Both the position numbers and the translations under genes were made by a program. DNA of 64,000 nt, from NCBI GenBank assembly GCA_038214755.1, contig JBBQRQ010000004.1, positions 32,001 to 96,000 on the forward strand. Direction: 5' to 3'. Of this stretch, positions 37,161 through 48,350 are shown in pieces. The DNA is from Verrucomicrobiota bacterium. Lineage in GTDB: Bacteria > Verrucomicrobiota > Verrucomicrobiia > Limisphaerales > CANJXF01. The notes beneath the pieces were generated by a model. The model made no database searches. It was given only the letters and a program-made list of their open reading frames with translations, and was not told the origin of the DNA. The first letter of the stretch is position 1; every line of letters begins with the position of its first letter.

Positions 37161-39731
37161 GCTCACTGAAAGAATTTCGGGAAAAATCTTTTCGGGATTC
37201 ACGCCCAAATCTTTAATCGCATGGGCGACAATTTGTTTTTCAATCGCGCCTGACTTTGCCAACGCCCATAACGTGGCGATCACTGTCGCCTCGGCATCCA
37301 CTTCAAAAAATCTTCGCAACGCCTGCCGCGTATCACTGCGACCGAACCCGTCTGTTCCCAAAGTCGTTAAGCCACCGGGAACCCATTGTTGGACCTGATC
37401 GGGCACCATTTTCATGGAATCAGAAACGGCGATGAATGGACCTTTTTCATTGGCAAGCAAATTTTCGAGGTAAGATTTTTTCTGTGGCTCGATTGGATGA
37501 AGCATATTCCATCGCTCGACTTTCAACGCGTCGTTGCGCAACGATTTGTAATTCGTCGCGCTCCAAACATCCGCCGACACGTCGTAACGCTCCGCCAAAA
37601 TTTCCTGCGCTTTCAAAGCAGAGCGAATGATCACGCCGCTCCCGAAAATTTGCGCCTTGTGTTTTTTGCCGTCGAGACCCGCCTGAAATTTATACAACCC
37701 TTTTAAAATCCCTTCCTCCACGCCTTCCGGCAGGGCGGGCATTTGATAGTCTTCGTTGTAAAGCGTGATGTAATAAAAAATTTCCTCACCCTTTTCATAC
37801 ATGCGCTTCAAGCCGTCGTGAACGATGACCGCCGTTTCAAAATCAAAAGCAGGATCGTAGGCCAAAAGATTTGGCACCGTGCTCGCCATGAGCAAGCTGT
37901 GGCCGTCCTCGTGTTGAAGACCTTCGCCGTTGAGCGTCGTGCGGCCGTACGTTGCGCCCAGTAAAAATCCTTTCGTGCGGCTGTCGGCCGCGAGCCAGAT
38001 TTGATCGCCGACGCGCTGAAAACCGAACATCGAATAAAAAATATAAAACGGAATCATGTTCACGCCGTGGTTGGCGTAAGAAGTTCCCGCCGCCACGAAT
38101 GAAGAAATGGAGCCCGCTTCGTTGATCCCTTCTTCGAGAATTTGTCCATCGATCGCCTCTCTGAAATAGGCCGCCGTGCCTGCATCGACGGGGTCATACA
38201 ATTGTCCTTTGGACGAATAAATTCCGAACTCGGCGAACATCGTGTCCATGCCGAACGTGCGCGCTTCGTCGGGAATGATTGGAACAACATTGCGGCCAAT
38301 ATTTTTATCGCGCAGCAACGCAACCAGAGTTTGCGTGAAACCTTTCGTCGTCGAGCCGACCCGCGTCGGTCCAGAGCCTTTCAGCGCGTAGGAGAAACTG
38401 CTCAGCGGCGGGATCATCAACGGCGGCGCTTTGACAACGCGTTTCGGAATTGGGCCGCCCAGTTTTTTCCGCCGCTCCAAAAGATATTTGATGACGTGCG
38501 AATCGGATGAGGGACGATAGAAAGGATACTCCGCGATCTCTTCGTCGCTGATGGGAATATCGAAACGAGTGCGAAAATCGCGCAACTCTTTCTCGTTCAT
38601 TTTTTTCTGCTGATGCGAAATGTTGCGCCCTTCGCCCGCTTCGCCGAGGCCGTAGCCCTTGACCGTTTTGGCGAGGATAACCGTCGGTGAACCTTTGTGT
38701 TCCACCGCCGCCTGGTAGGCGGCGAAAACTTTTTGCGGATCGTGGCCGCCGCGCGTGAGCTTGCGCAATTCCTCGTCGGTCATGTCATTGACGAGTTCGA
38801 GCAGCTCGGGATATTTTCCAAAAAAATGGCGGCGAATATAACTGCCCGGCTCGACGGTGTACTTTTGATAATCTCCGTCCACACACTCTTCCATTCGCTT
38901 GACGAGGAGGCCGGTCTCATCTTTGGCCAGCAGAGCGTCCCAATTGGATCCCCAAATAACTTTGATGACGTTCCAGCCCGCGCCGCGAAACGCGCCTTCG
39001 AGTTCTTGAATAATTTTTCCGTTGCCGCGAACCGGGCCGTCGAGACGTTGCAAATTGCAATTCACCACCCAAATCAAATTGTCCAACTTCTCACGCGAAG
39101 CCAGCGTGATGGCGCCGAGACTTTCCGGTTCATCGCTTTCGCCGTCGCCCATGAACATCCAAATCTTCGGCTCGTTTTCTTTCACTAAAATGCCGCGCGC
39201 CTGGAGGTAACGAATGAAGCGCGCTTGATAGAGTGACATGATCGGGCCGAGACCCATCGAGACCGTGGGAAACTGCCAAAAGTCCGGCATCAAATACGGA
39301 TGAGGATAAGACGAAAGCCCGCCGCCCTCGGCCAATTCCTGGCGAAAATGTTGCAAATGTTTTTCCGTCAAACGGCCTTCGAGAAAGGAGCGCGCATAAT
39401 TTCCCGGAGTGGCGTGGCCTTGAAAATAAATTAAATCCGCCGGCCGTTCGCCCTCGCTCCCGCGGAAAAAATGGTTGTAGCCAATTTCGTAAAGCGTCGC
39501 GCACGACGCAAAACTGGAAATGTGTCCGCCGAGGCCATGCCCCTTGGACTCGCCGTTGACGACCATCGCCATCGCGTTCCATCTGATGATGCTTTTGATG
39601 CGTCGCTCCGTGTCGCGGTCGCCGGGAAACGTCGGCTCATCTTCCGGCGGAATGGTGTTGAGGTATGGCGTGCGAATCGGATCGCTGTCCGTGTGCGAGG
39701 TGATGTCGATGTCGCGTCTCTTGGGTTTCAC
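37158..39731 (-). CDS. aceE: Pyruvate dehydrogenase E1, homodimeric type
   Basis: GGHISSF, FQGH, SSYPHP, GDGESDEPES, NLQRLDGPVRGNG, GEGLQHEDG; start uncertain (GTG 39731 or TTG 39773). Confidence 0.95.
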   Translation of the reverse strand: MKPKRRDIDITSHTDSDPIRTPYLNTIPPEDEPTFPGDRDTERRIKSIIRWNAMAMVVNGESKGHGLGGHISSFASCATLYEIGYNHFFRGSEGERPADLIYFQGHATPGNYARSFLEGRLTEKHLQHFRQELAEGGGLSSYPHPYLMPDFWQFPTVSMGLGPIMSLYQARFIRYLQARGILVKENEPKIWMFMGDGESDEPESLGAITLASREKLDNLIWVVNCNLQRLDGPVRGNGKIIQELEGAFRGAGWNVIKVIWGSNWDALLAKDETGLLVKRMEECVDGDYQKYTVEPGSYIRRHFFGKYPELLELVNDMTDEELRKLTRGGHDPQKVFAAYQAAVEHKGSPTVILAKTVKGYGLGEAGEGRNISHQQKKMNEKELRDFRTRFDIPISDEEIAEYPFYRPSSDSHVIKYLLERRKKLGGPIPKRVVKAPPLMIPPLSSFSYALKGSGPTRVGSTTKGFTQTLVALLRDKNIGRNVVPIIPDEARTFGMDTMFAEFGIYSSKGQLYDPVDAGTAAYFREAIDGQILEEGINEAGSISSFVAAGTSYANHGVNMIPFYIFYSMFGFQRVGDQIWLAADSRTKGFLLGATYGRTTLNGEGLQHEDGHSLLMASTVPNLLAYDPAFDFETAVIVHDGLKRMYEKGEEIFYYITLYNEDYQMPALPEGVEEGILKGLYKFQAGLDGKKHKAQIFGSGVIIRSALKAQEILAERYDVSADVWSATNYKSLRNDALKVERWNMLHPIEPQKKSYLENLLANEKGPFIAVSDSMKMVPDQVQQWVPGGLTTLGTDGFGRSDTRQALRRFFEVDAEATVIATLWALAKSGAIEKQIVAHAIKDLGVNPEKIFPEILSVS

Positions 39732-39902
39732 TGTGAAAATCTGCAATCGCCCGGCAAATTTCGTGGCGAGCAAGGCAGAGTTGTAAATTGGACAACCGAG
39801 TCAGCCAACTTATTTTTTGGGAATTCTTTTTCTTTTCGCTCTTAGTTTTGTTGGGAATGGAAATTACCATTGGCAGTACGATAAAAACGAATCAACCACT
39901 CA

Positions 39903-40616
39903 ATGAAATTTCTAGACCTGACTTTCCCCACGCCTGCGGAAAATCTCGCCGCGGATGAGGCGCTGCTCGACTTGAGCGAAGAAACGGGCGCGCCGGAAAT
40001 TTTGCGTGTTTGGGAACCGACCGAATATTTCGTGGTCGTCGGCTACGCCAACAAAGTGAACAGCGAAGTGGACACGGCGGCTTGTCGCGCCAAAGGAATT
40101 CCAATTTTCCGCCGGTGCAGTGGCGGCGGAGCGGTGGTGCAAGGGCCGGGCTGTTTGAATTACTCCTTGGTTTTGAATTTTGCAGAAAACCCTTCGCTCC
40201 AAACCATCACGCAGACCAACCGTTTCGTCATGCAACGTCATCGCGGATTGTTCGAGTCGCTGTTGCAACGACCCGTTACGATAGAGGGTCACACCGACTT
40301 GGCGATGGGACACTTAAAATTTTCCGGCAACGCCCAACGTCGCAAGAAAAAATTTCTCCTGTTTCACGGAACCTTCCTGCTCGATTTTGACATCTCATTA
40401 ATCGAGGAACTTCTCAAAATGCCATCCCGCCAGCCGGCCTATCGCGAAAGCCGCTCGCACAAAAATTTTCTGGTAAATCTTGGCCGACCCGCGACGGAGG
40501 TGAAACTGGCTTTGCGCCAACTTTGGGGAGCCTCGAAAAGTTTAGGGCAACTTCCTGATTTTTCAGAATCGATCACCCGCAAATATCGCAGCCACCAGTG
40601 GAACAAAAAATTTTGA
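39903..40616 (+). CDS. Lipoate-protein ligase family protein
   Basis: ENLAADEALL, RRCSGGGAV, KFSGNAQ, HGTFL. Confidence 0.9.
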   Translation: MKFLDLTFPTPAENLAADEALLDLSEETGAPEILRVWEPTEYFVVVGYANKVNSEVDTAACRAKGIPIFRRCSGGGAVVQGPGCLNYSLVLNFAENPSLQTITQTNRFVMQRHRGLFESLLQRPVTIEGHTDLAMGHLKFSGNAQRRKKKFLLFHGTFLLDFDISLIEELLKMPSRQPAYRESRSHKNFLVNLGRPATEVKLALRQLWGASKSLGQLPDFSESITRKYRSHQWNKKF

Positions 40617-40771
40617 AAACACGGAGAAAAAAATGACTGCCTCCCAAAGCGCAACCAAACACTTCAAGAGGCAGCCAGGTTTTTCCCCCAAACAGGATTG
40701 ATCTTCTGTGGCAAAAATTTTTCTGCCATCAGGGTGTCTCCGTTTTTTTCTTCCGGCAGACACCGGGGTTT

Positions 40772-41037
40772 AAATCCGAATTCCGAAATCCGAGACCCGA
40801 AAGAAATCCGAAGACCGAAAGTGCCGCGGCATACGGTGGGTGGCAAAGTACTTTTCTGACTGGCGGCTGGAAGCCGCCGCAATCCCGCGCGCGGGACTGG
40901 AAGCGTGCGCTACAGTTCGTAGCGCAAGCACCCTTGCCTGCAAGTTACTGAGGCTGCCAGCTTCGTGCCGGAAAGTTATTTTTCGTATTCGGATTTCGGA
41001 CTTCTTTCGGATTTCGGGTATTCGGATTTCGGATTTC
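40772..41037. repeat. Inverted TCCGAAA-heptamer clusters enclosing a degenerate REP-like pair
   Basis: Same flanks as 9377-9510; inner ...GCGCTAC / GTAGCGC... Confidence 0.75.
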
Positions 41038-41123
41038 AGCTTAATGACCGAACACGCCCCGACATTTTCCCCGCGGCATTGAAGTTAGTTGAATTCCCCG
41101 ACGCCCTTCGCCATTGTCGTTTC

Positions 41124-42686
41124 ATGGATCAACTCGATCAATTGGATGAACTGCTCACCTGCCGTTTGGATTTCGGGCGCAAAACGGTCGAGCCATGTTC
41201 AATTGTAATTTTTGGCGCGAGCGGCGATCTGACGGCGCGAAAACTCATCCCTGCGCTCTATCATCTCTTCTGCGAAAAACAATTGCCCAATCCCGTTCGC
41301 ATCATTGGTTTTGCCCGGCGTGAGAAATCCGACGCCAGTTTTCGCGACGAGTTGAAAGCCGATTTGGAAAAATATTCGCGCACAAAAAAAGTTGATCCGG
41401 CGCAGTGGGAATCTTTCGCGGCCAATGTGTTTTATTGCCAGGGAGAGTTTTCCGACATCGAGGCTTATCACAAATTGGAACAGCAACTAACCGGTTTCGG
41501 AAATGAGTTGTTGCGGCGGAACCTGCTTTTTTATCTCTCCACTTCGCCCAGCCAATTCGCCGAAGTGGCTGAGCATTTGCACAAGTCCGGTCTGCTGCAT
41601 CGCGAGGAAAATAAAAAAAACTGGCAGCGCGTGGTCGTCGAGAAACCGTTTGGCCACGACCTCGCTTCCGCCCAGCAACTCAACGCCGAGTTGACCCGCT
41701 TTGCTTTTGAAAAACAAATTTTTCGCATCGACCACTATCTCGGCAAAGAGACGGTGCAAAATATTTTGATGTTCCGTTTTTCCAACGCGATTTTTGAGCA
41801 GCTCTGGAATCGGCAGGCAGTCGAACAAGTGCAAATCACCGTCGGAGAAAAATTGGGCGTCGGCGGGCGCGGCGGTTATTACGAAGAGGCCGGCGCGTTG
41901 CGCGACATGGTGCAAAATCATTTGTTGCAAGTGCTCGCTCTTGTGGCCATGGAGCCGCCGGTCTCGCTGGAAGCCGAATCCGTCCGCGATGAAAAAGTAA
42001 AATTGCTGAAATCAATTCGTCCGCTCCATCCCAGCCAGGTCGCCGGCAACGTCGTTCGCGGGCAATACACCGCCGGAGAAATCGAAGGGCAAAAGCGCAT
42101 CGCCTACCGCAGCGAAGTAAAAGTGAAACCCGATTCCAACACCGAAACTTTCGTCGCAATGCGGACGTTGATCGACAACTGGCGTTGGTCGGGCGTGCCG
42201 TTTTATTTGCGCACTGGAAAAAGTCTGCCGATGAGCGCGAGTGAAGTGCGGATTCAATTTCGACCGACTCCGAATGTGTTGTTCGCCGCGCAATGCGGAA
42301 CGCGACTCGATTCCAACGCGATCACTTTGCGCTTGCAGCCCAACGAAGGAATTTTTCTTCGCTTCAACGGAAAAGTTCCCGGCACGAGTCAGGAGATTCG
42401 TCCGGTGCGAATGCACTTCGATTACGATTCCGAATTCGGCGCCTACACGCCGGAAGCCTACGAACGCTTGCTGCTCGAAGTGCTGGCCGGCGACGCCACG
42501 CTTTTCATCCGACGCGACGAAGTTGAAACCGCGTGGGGCATCGTCGATCCGATTCGTGAGTCGTGGAAAAATCTCCCGCTGACCGAGCGCGAATTTTATC
42601 CCGCGGGAACGTGGGGACCTGTCGCCGCCGACGAACTCCTCGCGCAACGCGGCCACAAATGGCGCAAGCCGCATCCCGTCACGTGA
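41124..42686 (+). CDS. zwf: Glucose-6-phosphate 1-dehydrogenase
   Basis: [23 protein letters not shown]; start MDQLD. Confidence 0.97.
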   Translation: MDQLDQLDELLTCRLDFGRKTVEPCSIVIFGASGDLTARKLIPALYHLFCEKQLPNPVRIIGFARREKSDASFRDELKADLEKYSRTKKVDPAQWESFAANVFYCQGEFSDIEAYHKLEQQLTGFGNELLRRNLLFYLSTSPSQFAEVAEHLHKSGLLHREENKKNWQRVVVEKPFGHDLASAQQLNAELTRFAFEKQIFRIDHYLGKETVQNILMFRFSNAIFEQLWNRQAVEQVQITVGEKLGVGGRGGYYEEAGALRDMVQNHLLQVLALVAMEPPVSLEAESVRDEKVKLLKSIRPLHPSQVAGNVVRGQYTAGEIEGQKRIAYRSEVKVKPDSNTETFVAMRTLIDNWRWSGVPFYLRTGKSLPMSASEVRIQFRPTPNVLFAAQCGTRLDSNAITLRLQPNEGIFLRFNGKVPGTSQEIRPVRMHFDYDSEFGAYTPEAYERLLLEVLAGDATLFIRRDEVETAWGIVDPIRESWKNLPLTEREFYPAGTWGPVAADELLAQRGHKWRKPHPVT

Positions 42687-42701
42687 TTTTTTTTACAACT
42701 C

Positions 42702-42780
42702 GTAGCCGCCGACGTGAGAAGGTGGATCGGTTTTCAAACAAGTTAAAATAATTCGTCCGCCTCCTCACGTCGGCGGCTAC
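42702..42780. repeat. Family A REP pair
   Basis: GTAGCCGCCGACGTGAG ... CTCACGTCGGCGGCTAC. Confidence 0.88.
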
Positions 42781-42795
42781 TCCGTTCGCAATGCA

Positions 42796-43506
42796 ATGAG
42801 TCACTTCGAACTAAAAAATTTTGGAAATAGCGGCAAACTGGCTCAAGCAGTAGCGGAAGCATGGCTGGAGATTGTTGAACAGTCCCATCGGCAAAGCATT
42901 GCGCACACCGTTGCTCTTTCCGGCGGACGAATCGCTGCGGAGTTGTTTGTCCAAACTGCCGCCCAAAGTAGGGCCAAAGAAATTTCGCTCGGGCATGTTG
43001 ATTTTTTTTGGTCGGACGAACGCTGCGTTTCTCCCGACGATCCGGTAAGCAATTTTGCGTTGGCCAATCATGTGTTGGCTTTGCAAAAAATCCCTTCCGA
43101 GAAAATCCATCGGCTTCGTGGCGAACTCGATCCCGCCATCGCAGTGGCCGAAGCCAATGCCGAAATTTTCAAAACTATTTCACGAACAAAAAATGGATTG
43201 CCCGTGTTGGATATTGTTTTTCTTGGCGTCGGCCCGGATGGGCACGTCGCCTCGTTGTTTCCCAACGCCTCAGTCGATGTCATGGGTTGTCAGTCGCCAT
43301 TTCTTTTCATCGACAATTCGCCCAAGCCACCGCCCCGCCGCATCACGTTGAGTTACGCCGCCATCGCCGTCGCCAAAGAAGTTTGGATTCTCGTTTCGGG
43401 CGAGGGAAAGGAGCGCGTCTTAACCGAGGCACTGACCGAGCGTGGCCAAACGCCGCTCGCCCGCGTTCTTCAATCCCGGACGGACACAAAAATTTTCACC
43501 GACTGA
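42796..43506 (+). CDS. pgl: 6-phosphogluconolactonase
   Basis: ALSGG, DERCV, LGVGPDGHVASLFP, PKPPPRRITL. Confidence 0.93.
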   Translation: MSHFELKNFGNSGKLAQAVAEAWLEIVEQSHRQSIAHTVALSGGRIAAELFVQTAAQSRAKEISLGHVDFFWSDERCVSPDDPVSNFALANHVLALQKIPSEKIHRLRGELDPAIAVAEANAEIFKTISRTKNGLPVLDIVFLGVGPDGHVASLFPNASVDVMGCQSPFLFIDNSPKPPPRRITLSYAAIAVAKEVWILVSGEGKERVLTEALTERGQTPLARVLQSRTDTKIFTD

Positions 43507-43525
43507 AAATCAACGTGGAAAATCA

Positions 43526-44557
43526 ATGACGCTGCTCGCCTTTGAAACCTCCTGTGACGAGACGAGCGTCGCCGTCATTCGTGACGGAACGGTTTTGGCA
43601 AATTTGGTTTCGTCACAAATCGCTCTCCATTCTGAATACGGCGGCGTTGTTCCCGAACTCGCCACACGCGAACACCTCCGGAATTTATTGCCTCTCTCCC
43701 GCACCGCATTGCAGGAGGTAAATCTTTCTTCCTCGCAGCTCGACGCCGTCGCCGCGACGCGCGGCCCGGGTTTGCCCAGCGCGTTGATGATCGGTTTGAA
43801 AGCAGCGCAAGCATTGGCATTCGCACTGCGAAAACCGTTTATCGGAATCCATCATCACGAAGCACATCTTTATTCGCCGTGGATTTCTGGAACCCCACCA
43901 CATGCAAATTTTGAAAATCTGGAGCCGAACGTTTCTCTGATCGTCAGCGGCGGACACACGATGTTGGTTCACGTCAAAAGCGAATTAGATCACCAACTTC
44001 TCGGCGAAACGGTCGATGACGCGGCGGGCGAATGCTTCGATAAAGTTGGCAAGCTAATCGGATTGCCGTATCCCGGCGGCCCGGAAATCGACCGTTTCGC
44101 CGAGCATGGAAATCCAAAAGCGCACGATTTTCCTCGTCCAATGATTCACGAGACCCATCACGATTTTAGTTTTTCCGGATTGAAAACATCCGTGCGTTAT
44201 TTCCTGGAAAAAAATCCTGCCCTGCTCAATCACCGGCAGAAAATTTGTAATCTCTGTGCCAGCGTTCAAGCCGCGATTGTCGATGTGCTTGTCGTGAAAA
44301 CAATTCGTGCCGCGATAAAATTGGGCGTGAAATGTGTGACGGCATCCGGCGGCGTCACCTGCAACGGCGCTCTACGGAGAGAGCTTTCTCTCGCCTGCGA
44401 AAAAAATGGTTTCACGCTGCGGCTCGCCGAAAGAAATCTTTGCACCGACAACGCCGCCATGATCGGGATTCTCGCCGAAAGAAAATTATTAAATGGAGTC
44501 GAACCCACTTCGCTCGATGCAGAAATTCAAACCAATTGGGCTTGGTCCGTCGCGTAG
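43526..44557 (+). CDS. tsaD: tRNA threonylcarbamoyltransferase
   Basis: ETSCDETS, GGVVPELA, HHHEAH, VSGGHT, DDAAGE, CTDNAAMI. Confidence 0.96.
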   Translation: MTLLAFETSCDETSVAVIRDGTVLANLVSSQIALHSEYGGVVPELATREHLRNLLPLSRTALQEVNLSSSQLDAVAATRGPGLPSALMIGLKAAQALAFALRKPFIGIHHHEAHLYSPWISGTPPHANFENLEPNVSLIVSGGHTMLVHVKSELDHQLLGETVDDAAGECFDKVGKLIGLPYPGGPEIDRFAEHGNPKAHDFPRPMIHETHHDFSFSGLKTSVRYFLEKNPALLNHRQKICNLCASVQAAIVDVLVVKTIRAAIKLGVKCVTASGGVTCNGALRRELSLACEKNGFTLRLAERNLCTDNAAMIGILAERKLLNGVEPTSLDAEIQTNWAWSVA

Positions 44558-44595
44558 GATGTTCTGTTTACTCCCTTGGGTCAAATGAGGTTCGT

Positions 44596-45768
44596 TTACA
44601 AATCGAGTCTCGTCCATTTCGCGTTGGCTTTGGACGACTTGACCACCGCTTCGATGAACGCCATGCCGCGAACGCCATCCTCGATTTTTGGAAAATCATT
44701 GGCCGCGTCCTCTTTCGCGAGCTTCCGGTTTTCTTCACGCGCGCGAATAGCGTTGGCAAAATTTTTGTAAATATTGGCGAACGCTTCGAGGTAACCTTCC
44801 GGATGCGCCGGCGGGGTGCGGCTGGCTGCTTTCGCCGCGTCGCCCAGATAACCTTGGGCGGCGCGATAAATTTGCATCGGTTGGTCTGGCCATTTTAGGA
44901 GCATGGAGTTGGGTTCTTTCTGATGCCACTCGAGGCTTCCTTTTTCGCCGTAAATGCGAATGTTCAAATTGTTTTCTTCGCCGATGCTGATTTGCGATGC
45001 GTGCAAAATCCCTTTCGCGCCTCCTTCAAAACGGAGCAACACATTGACATCATCATCGAGTTTTCTTCCACCGACAAAAGTGGTGATGTCGGCCGCGAGT
45101 TCTTTAATTTTTAGCCCGGTCATGTACTCGGCCAGATTTTCCGCGTGCGTGCCGATGTCGCCCACGCAACCGCCCGCGCCGCTTTTTTTTGGGTCGGTGC
45201 GCCAGCCCGCTTGTTTTTGGCCGGAACCTTCGAGACGCGTCGCGAGCCAGCCTTGCGGATATTCCGCGATCACTTTGCGCACCTTGCCGAGCGTGCCGGT
45301 ACGAATCATTTCACGCGCTTGTTTGACGAGAGGATAGCCTGTGTAGTTGTGCGTCAAGCCGTAGAGCAGACCGGTCGCCTTGACCAGTTGCGCAATTTTT
45401 TTTGCTTCAGCGAGATTGAACGTCGCCGGCTTATCGCTCAAAACGTGAAAGCCATTTTCCAGCGCCATTTTCGCCGGAGAAAAGTGCATGTGATTGGGCG
45501 TGACGATGGAAACAAAATCCATTCGTTGTTCGCGGGGCAATTTTGTTTCGGCTCTGATCATTTCCTGAAACGTGCCGTAGCAACGTTCGGGCGGGAGAAA
45601 TAAATCCGCGCCGCTGGCTTGGCTGCGCTCAGGTTCGGAACTGAACGCGCCGCACACCAGTTCGATCTGTTGATCCATCGCCGCCGCGATCCGATGCACC
45701 GCGCCGATGAACGCGCCGCGCCCGCCGCCGACCATGCCGTAACGAATTTTTCTGCTCATAGTTTCCAA
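44596..45768 (-). CDS. Gfo/Idh/MocA family oxidoreductase
   Basis: GMVGGGRGAFIGAVHR, TPNHMH, DKP, DIGTH. Confidence 0.92.
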   Translation of the reverse strand: METMSRKIRYGMVGGGRGAFIGAVHRIAAAMDQQIELVCGAFSSEPERSQASGADLFLPPERCYGTFQEMIRAETKLPREQRMDFVSIVTPNHMHFSPAKMALENGFHVLSDKPATFNLAEAKKIAQLVKATGLLYGLTHNYTGYPLVKQAREMIRTGTLGKVRKVIAEYPQGWLATRLEGSGQKQAGWRTDPKKSGAGGCVGDIGTHAENLAEYMTGLKIKELAADITTFVGGRKLDDDVNVLLRFEGGAKGILHASQISIGEENNLNIRIYGEKGSLEWHQKEPNSMLLKWPDQPMQIYRAAQGYLGDAAKAASRTPPAHPEGYLEAFANIYKNFANAIRAREENRKLAKEDAANDFPKIEDGVRGMAFIEAVVKSSKANAKWTRLDL

Positions 45769-45842
45769 AGTAAAAGTTGAATTGTCTGCGACGCGGACTT
45801 TATCTTGCGCCCGTTTTTCAAGTCAACGAGTCTTGTTCCGAT

Positions 45843-46880
45843 ATGTTTACCGCCGCCGATCTTGCCAGCGAATTGAAGGGAGAAGTGATCGGAGACAGTT
45901 GCGTTAAAATCTGTGGATTCGCTCCGGCCGCTTTCGCGAAACCCGGTGATTTGACTTTCGCGGAGAATGAAAAATTTTTTCTGGCAGCAGAACAAAGCGC
46001 GGCCTCGGCCATCCTGATCGACGGTGATTTTCACTCGACCGAAAAAGTTTTAATTCGAGTGAAAAATGCGCGGATCGCCTTTGCCAAAGTTCTGCCGCTA
46101 TTTTTTCCAGAACAAAAGTTTGAGGCGGGGATTCATTCGAGCGCGGTCATTCATCCTTCCGCGCAAATTGATCCCAGCGTCCATCTTGGCGCGCAGTGCG
46201 TCGTGGGTGCGAAAGTAAAAATTGGCGCGCGAACGATTCTCGAAGGAGGAACTCACGTCTCAGCGGAATCGACGATTGGCGACGACGTCCGCATTTTTCC
46301 AAACGTCACGATGTATCGTCGGACACAAATTGGAAACCGCGTGAGGATTCATTCTGGAACGGTGATCGGCTCCGACGGGTTCGGATATGTTTTTGATTCC
46401 GGCTTTCACCGGAAAATTCCGCAGACGGGAAATGTGGTGATTGCCGATGATGTTGAAATTGGCGCCAACGTGACGATTGATCGCGGCGCGCTCGGCCCGA
46501 CCACGATTGGGAAAGGCACGAAAATTGATAACCTCGTTCAAATCGGACACAACGTGACCATTGGGGAACATTGTTTGATTATCGCGCAAACGGGAATTTC
46601 TGGAAGCACCCAACTCGGTGACTATGTGACGGTCGCCGGGCAAGCCGGAATTGCCGGCCATTTGAAAATTGGCAATCGCGCGACCATTGCCGGAAAATCC
46701 GGGATCATGTTTGACATCGCGGATGGAGAAAAATGGTTTGGCAGTCCTATCGCCGCCAAGGACCGCGAGATGAAACGGCAACTGCTGGCGGCACAACAAT
46801 TGCCGGAATTACTCAAACGAGTGAGGGCGTTAGAAAAAAAATTAGAGAGCGCTTCAACCGGATTCGCATCGGACCGTTAA
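45843..46880 (+). CDS. lpxD: UDP-3-O-acyl-glucosamine N-acyltransferase
   Basis: Hexapeptide repeats, [18 protein letters not shown]. Confidence 0.95.
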   Translation: MFTAADLASELKGEVIGDSCVKICGFAPAAFAKPGDLTFAENEKFFLAAEQSAASAILIDGDFHSTEKVLIRVKNARIAFAKVLPLFFPEQKFEAGIHSSAVIHPSAQIDPSVHLGAQCVVGAKVKIGARTILEGGTHVSAESTIGDDVRIFPNVTMYRRTQIGNRVRIHSGTVIGSDGFGYVFDSGFHRKIPQTGNVVIADDVEIGANVTIDRGALGPTTIGKGTKIDNLVQIGHNVTIGEHCLIIAQTGISGSTQLGDYVTVAGQAGIAGHLKIGNRATIAGKSGIMFDIADGEKWFGSPIAAKDREMKRQLLAAQQLPELLKRVRALEKKLESASTGFASDR

Positions 46881-46906
46881 ATCTGCGATTACTTCGCCCC
46901 GATTTT

Positions 46907-48289
46907 ATGCCTTTGGCCGAAAATATTATTTCTGAACTCCGTCGTGTCGTCGGAAGCGAAAATGTTTTGACGTTGCAGGAGGATTTAATCCCTTACTCCA
47001 TCGACGGCACCGCAGCGCTGCAACAGATGCCCGGCTGCGTCGCTTTCCCAAAAACTGCGGCGGAGATTTCGGCGATTCTCAAACTGGCCAACGAAAAAAC
47101 TTTTGCCGTCGTCACGCGGGGTTCGGGCACCGGACTGAGCGGCGGAAGTCTGCCCAGCCGCGATTGCGTCGTTCTCTGCACGGTCAAGATGGATAAAATT
47201 CTGGAAGTGGATCGCGCGAATTTGACGATGCTGGTTGAACCGGGCGTCACGACCTTGACCATCGCGGATGCGGCAAGCGCCGTCGGATTATTTTATCCGC
47301 CCGATCCCGGCTCGATGAAAATTTCCACCATCGGCGGAAACGTGGCGGAGAATTCCGGCGGCTTGCGCGGGTTGAAATATGGCATCACCCGCAATTACGT
47401 GATGGGCCTTGAAGTCGTTTTGCCGAATGGCGAAATCATGATGATGGGCAATAAATGCGTCAAAGATGTCGCTGGTTATTCGCTCAAAGATATTTTCATC
47501 GGCTCGGAAGGAACCTTGGGCGTTATCACGAAAGTTTTGCTGCGACTGATTCCAAAACCCGCCGCGAAAAAAACCATGGTCGCGACTTTCTCGCAAATGG
47601 ATCACGCGGCCGACGCGGTTTCCGCGATTATCGCCGCCCAAATTATTCCATGCACCTTGGAATTTCTCGACCGCATGACAATTCATTGCGTCGAAGATTA
47701 TGCGAAAATCGGTTTGCCGCTCGATTGCGAAGCGCTGTTGCTCATCGAAAGCGATGGTCATCCTGCCGCCGTCGCTGATGAAGCCGCGCAAATGGAAAAA
47801 ATTTGTCGTGAACGAGGTTGCCTCGAAGTGCGCGTGGCCAAAGACGATGTTGAAGCGACGAAATTAGCCAGCGCGCGACGTTCCGCTTTTTCTGCGCTGG
47901 CTCGCGTTGCGCCAACCACGATTCTCGAGGACGCGACCGTTCCGCGAAGCGAACTCGCCAAAATGATTCGGTTCGTCGAAGCCATCGCGAAAAAATACAA
48001 ATTAAAAATCGGCACGTTCGGCCACATGGGCGACGGAAATTTGCATCCGACATTTTTGACGGACGAACGCAACCACGAGGAAATGCACCGCGTCGAAGAA
48101 GCCTTCAAAGAAATTTTCGACGAAGCGATTCGTCTCGGCGGAACGATTACCGGCGAGCATGGTGTTGGTCTGGCGAAGAAATCTTTTCTGCCAAAATTTC
48201 TTGGCGACGCGCAGATGCGAATCACCCGCGAATTCCGCAAAGTGCTCGATCCAAATGGAATCTTGAATCCGGGAAAGATGTTTGACTAA
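46907..48289 (+). CDS. glcD: FAD-linked oxidase, glycolate oxidase subunit GlcD-like
   Basis: RGSGTGLSGG, YPPDP, GSEGTLG, GHMGDGNLH, GEHGVG, LNPGK. Confidence 0.85.
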   Translation: MPLAENIISELRRVVGSENVLTLQEDLIPYSIDGTAALQQMPGCVAFPKTAAEISAILKLANEKTFAVVTRGSGTGLSGGSLPSRDCVVLCTVKMDKILEVDRANLTMLVEPGVTTLTIADAASAVGLFYPPDPGSMKISTIGGNVAENSGGLRGLKYGITRNYVMGLEVVLPNGEIMMMGNKCVKDVAGYSLKDIFIGSEGTLGVITKVLLRLIPKPAAKKTMVATFSQMDHAADAVSAIIAAQIIPCTLEFLDRMTIHCVEDYAKIGLPLDCEALLLIESDGHPAAVADEAAQMEKICRERGCLEVRVAKDDVEATKLASARRSAFSALARVAPTTILEDATVPRSELAKMIRFVEAIAKKYKLKIGTFGHMGDGNLHPTFLTDERNHEEMHRVEEAFKEIFDEAIRLGGTITGEHGVGLAKKSFLPKFLGDAQMRITREFRKVLDPNGILNPGKMFD

Positions 48290-48350
48290 AGCCGGGAGGA
48301 TTCAATTGAAAGATGGCTCGCCCTCGCCATGAACTTCAAGGTAGGGCACC

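Noticed and set aside
40965..41123. N-terminal extension of zwf (SDFG repeats)
   Set aside because: Translation of heptamer repeats; the promoter-like motif points to ATG 41124.
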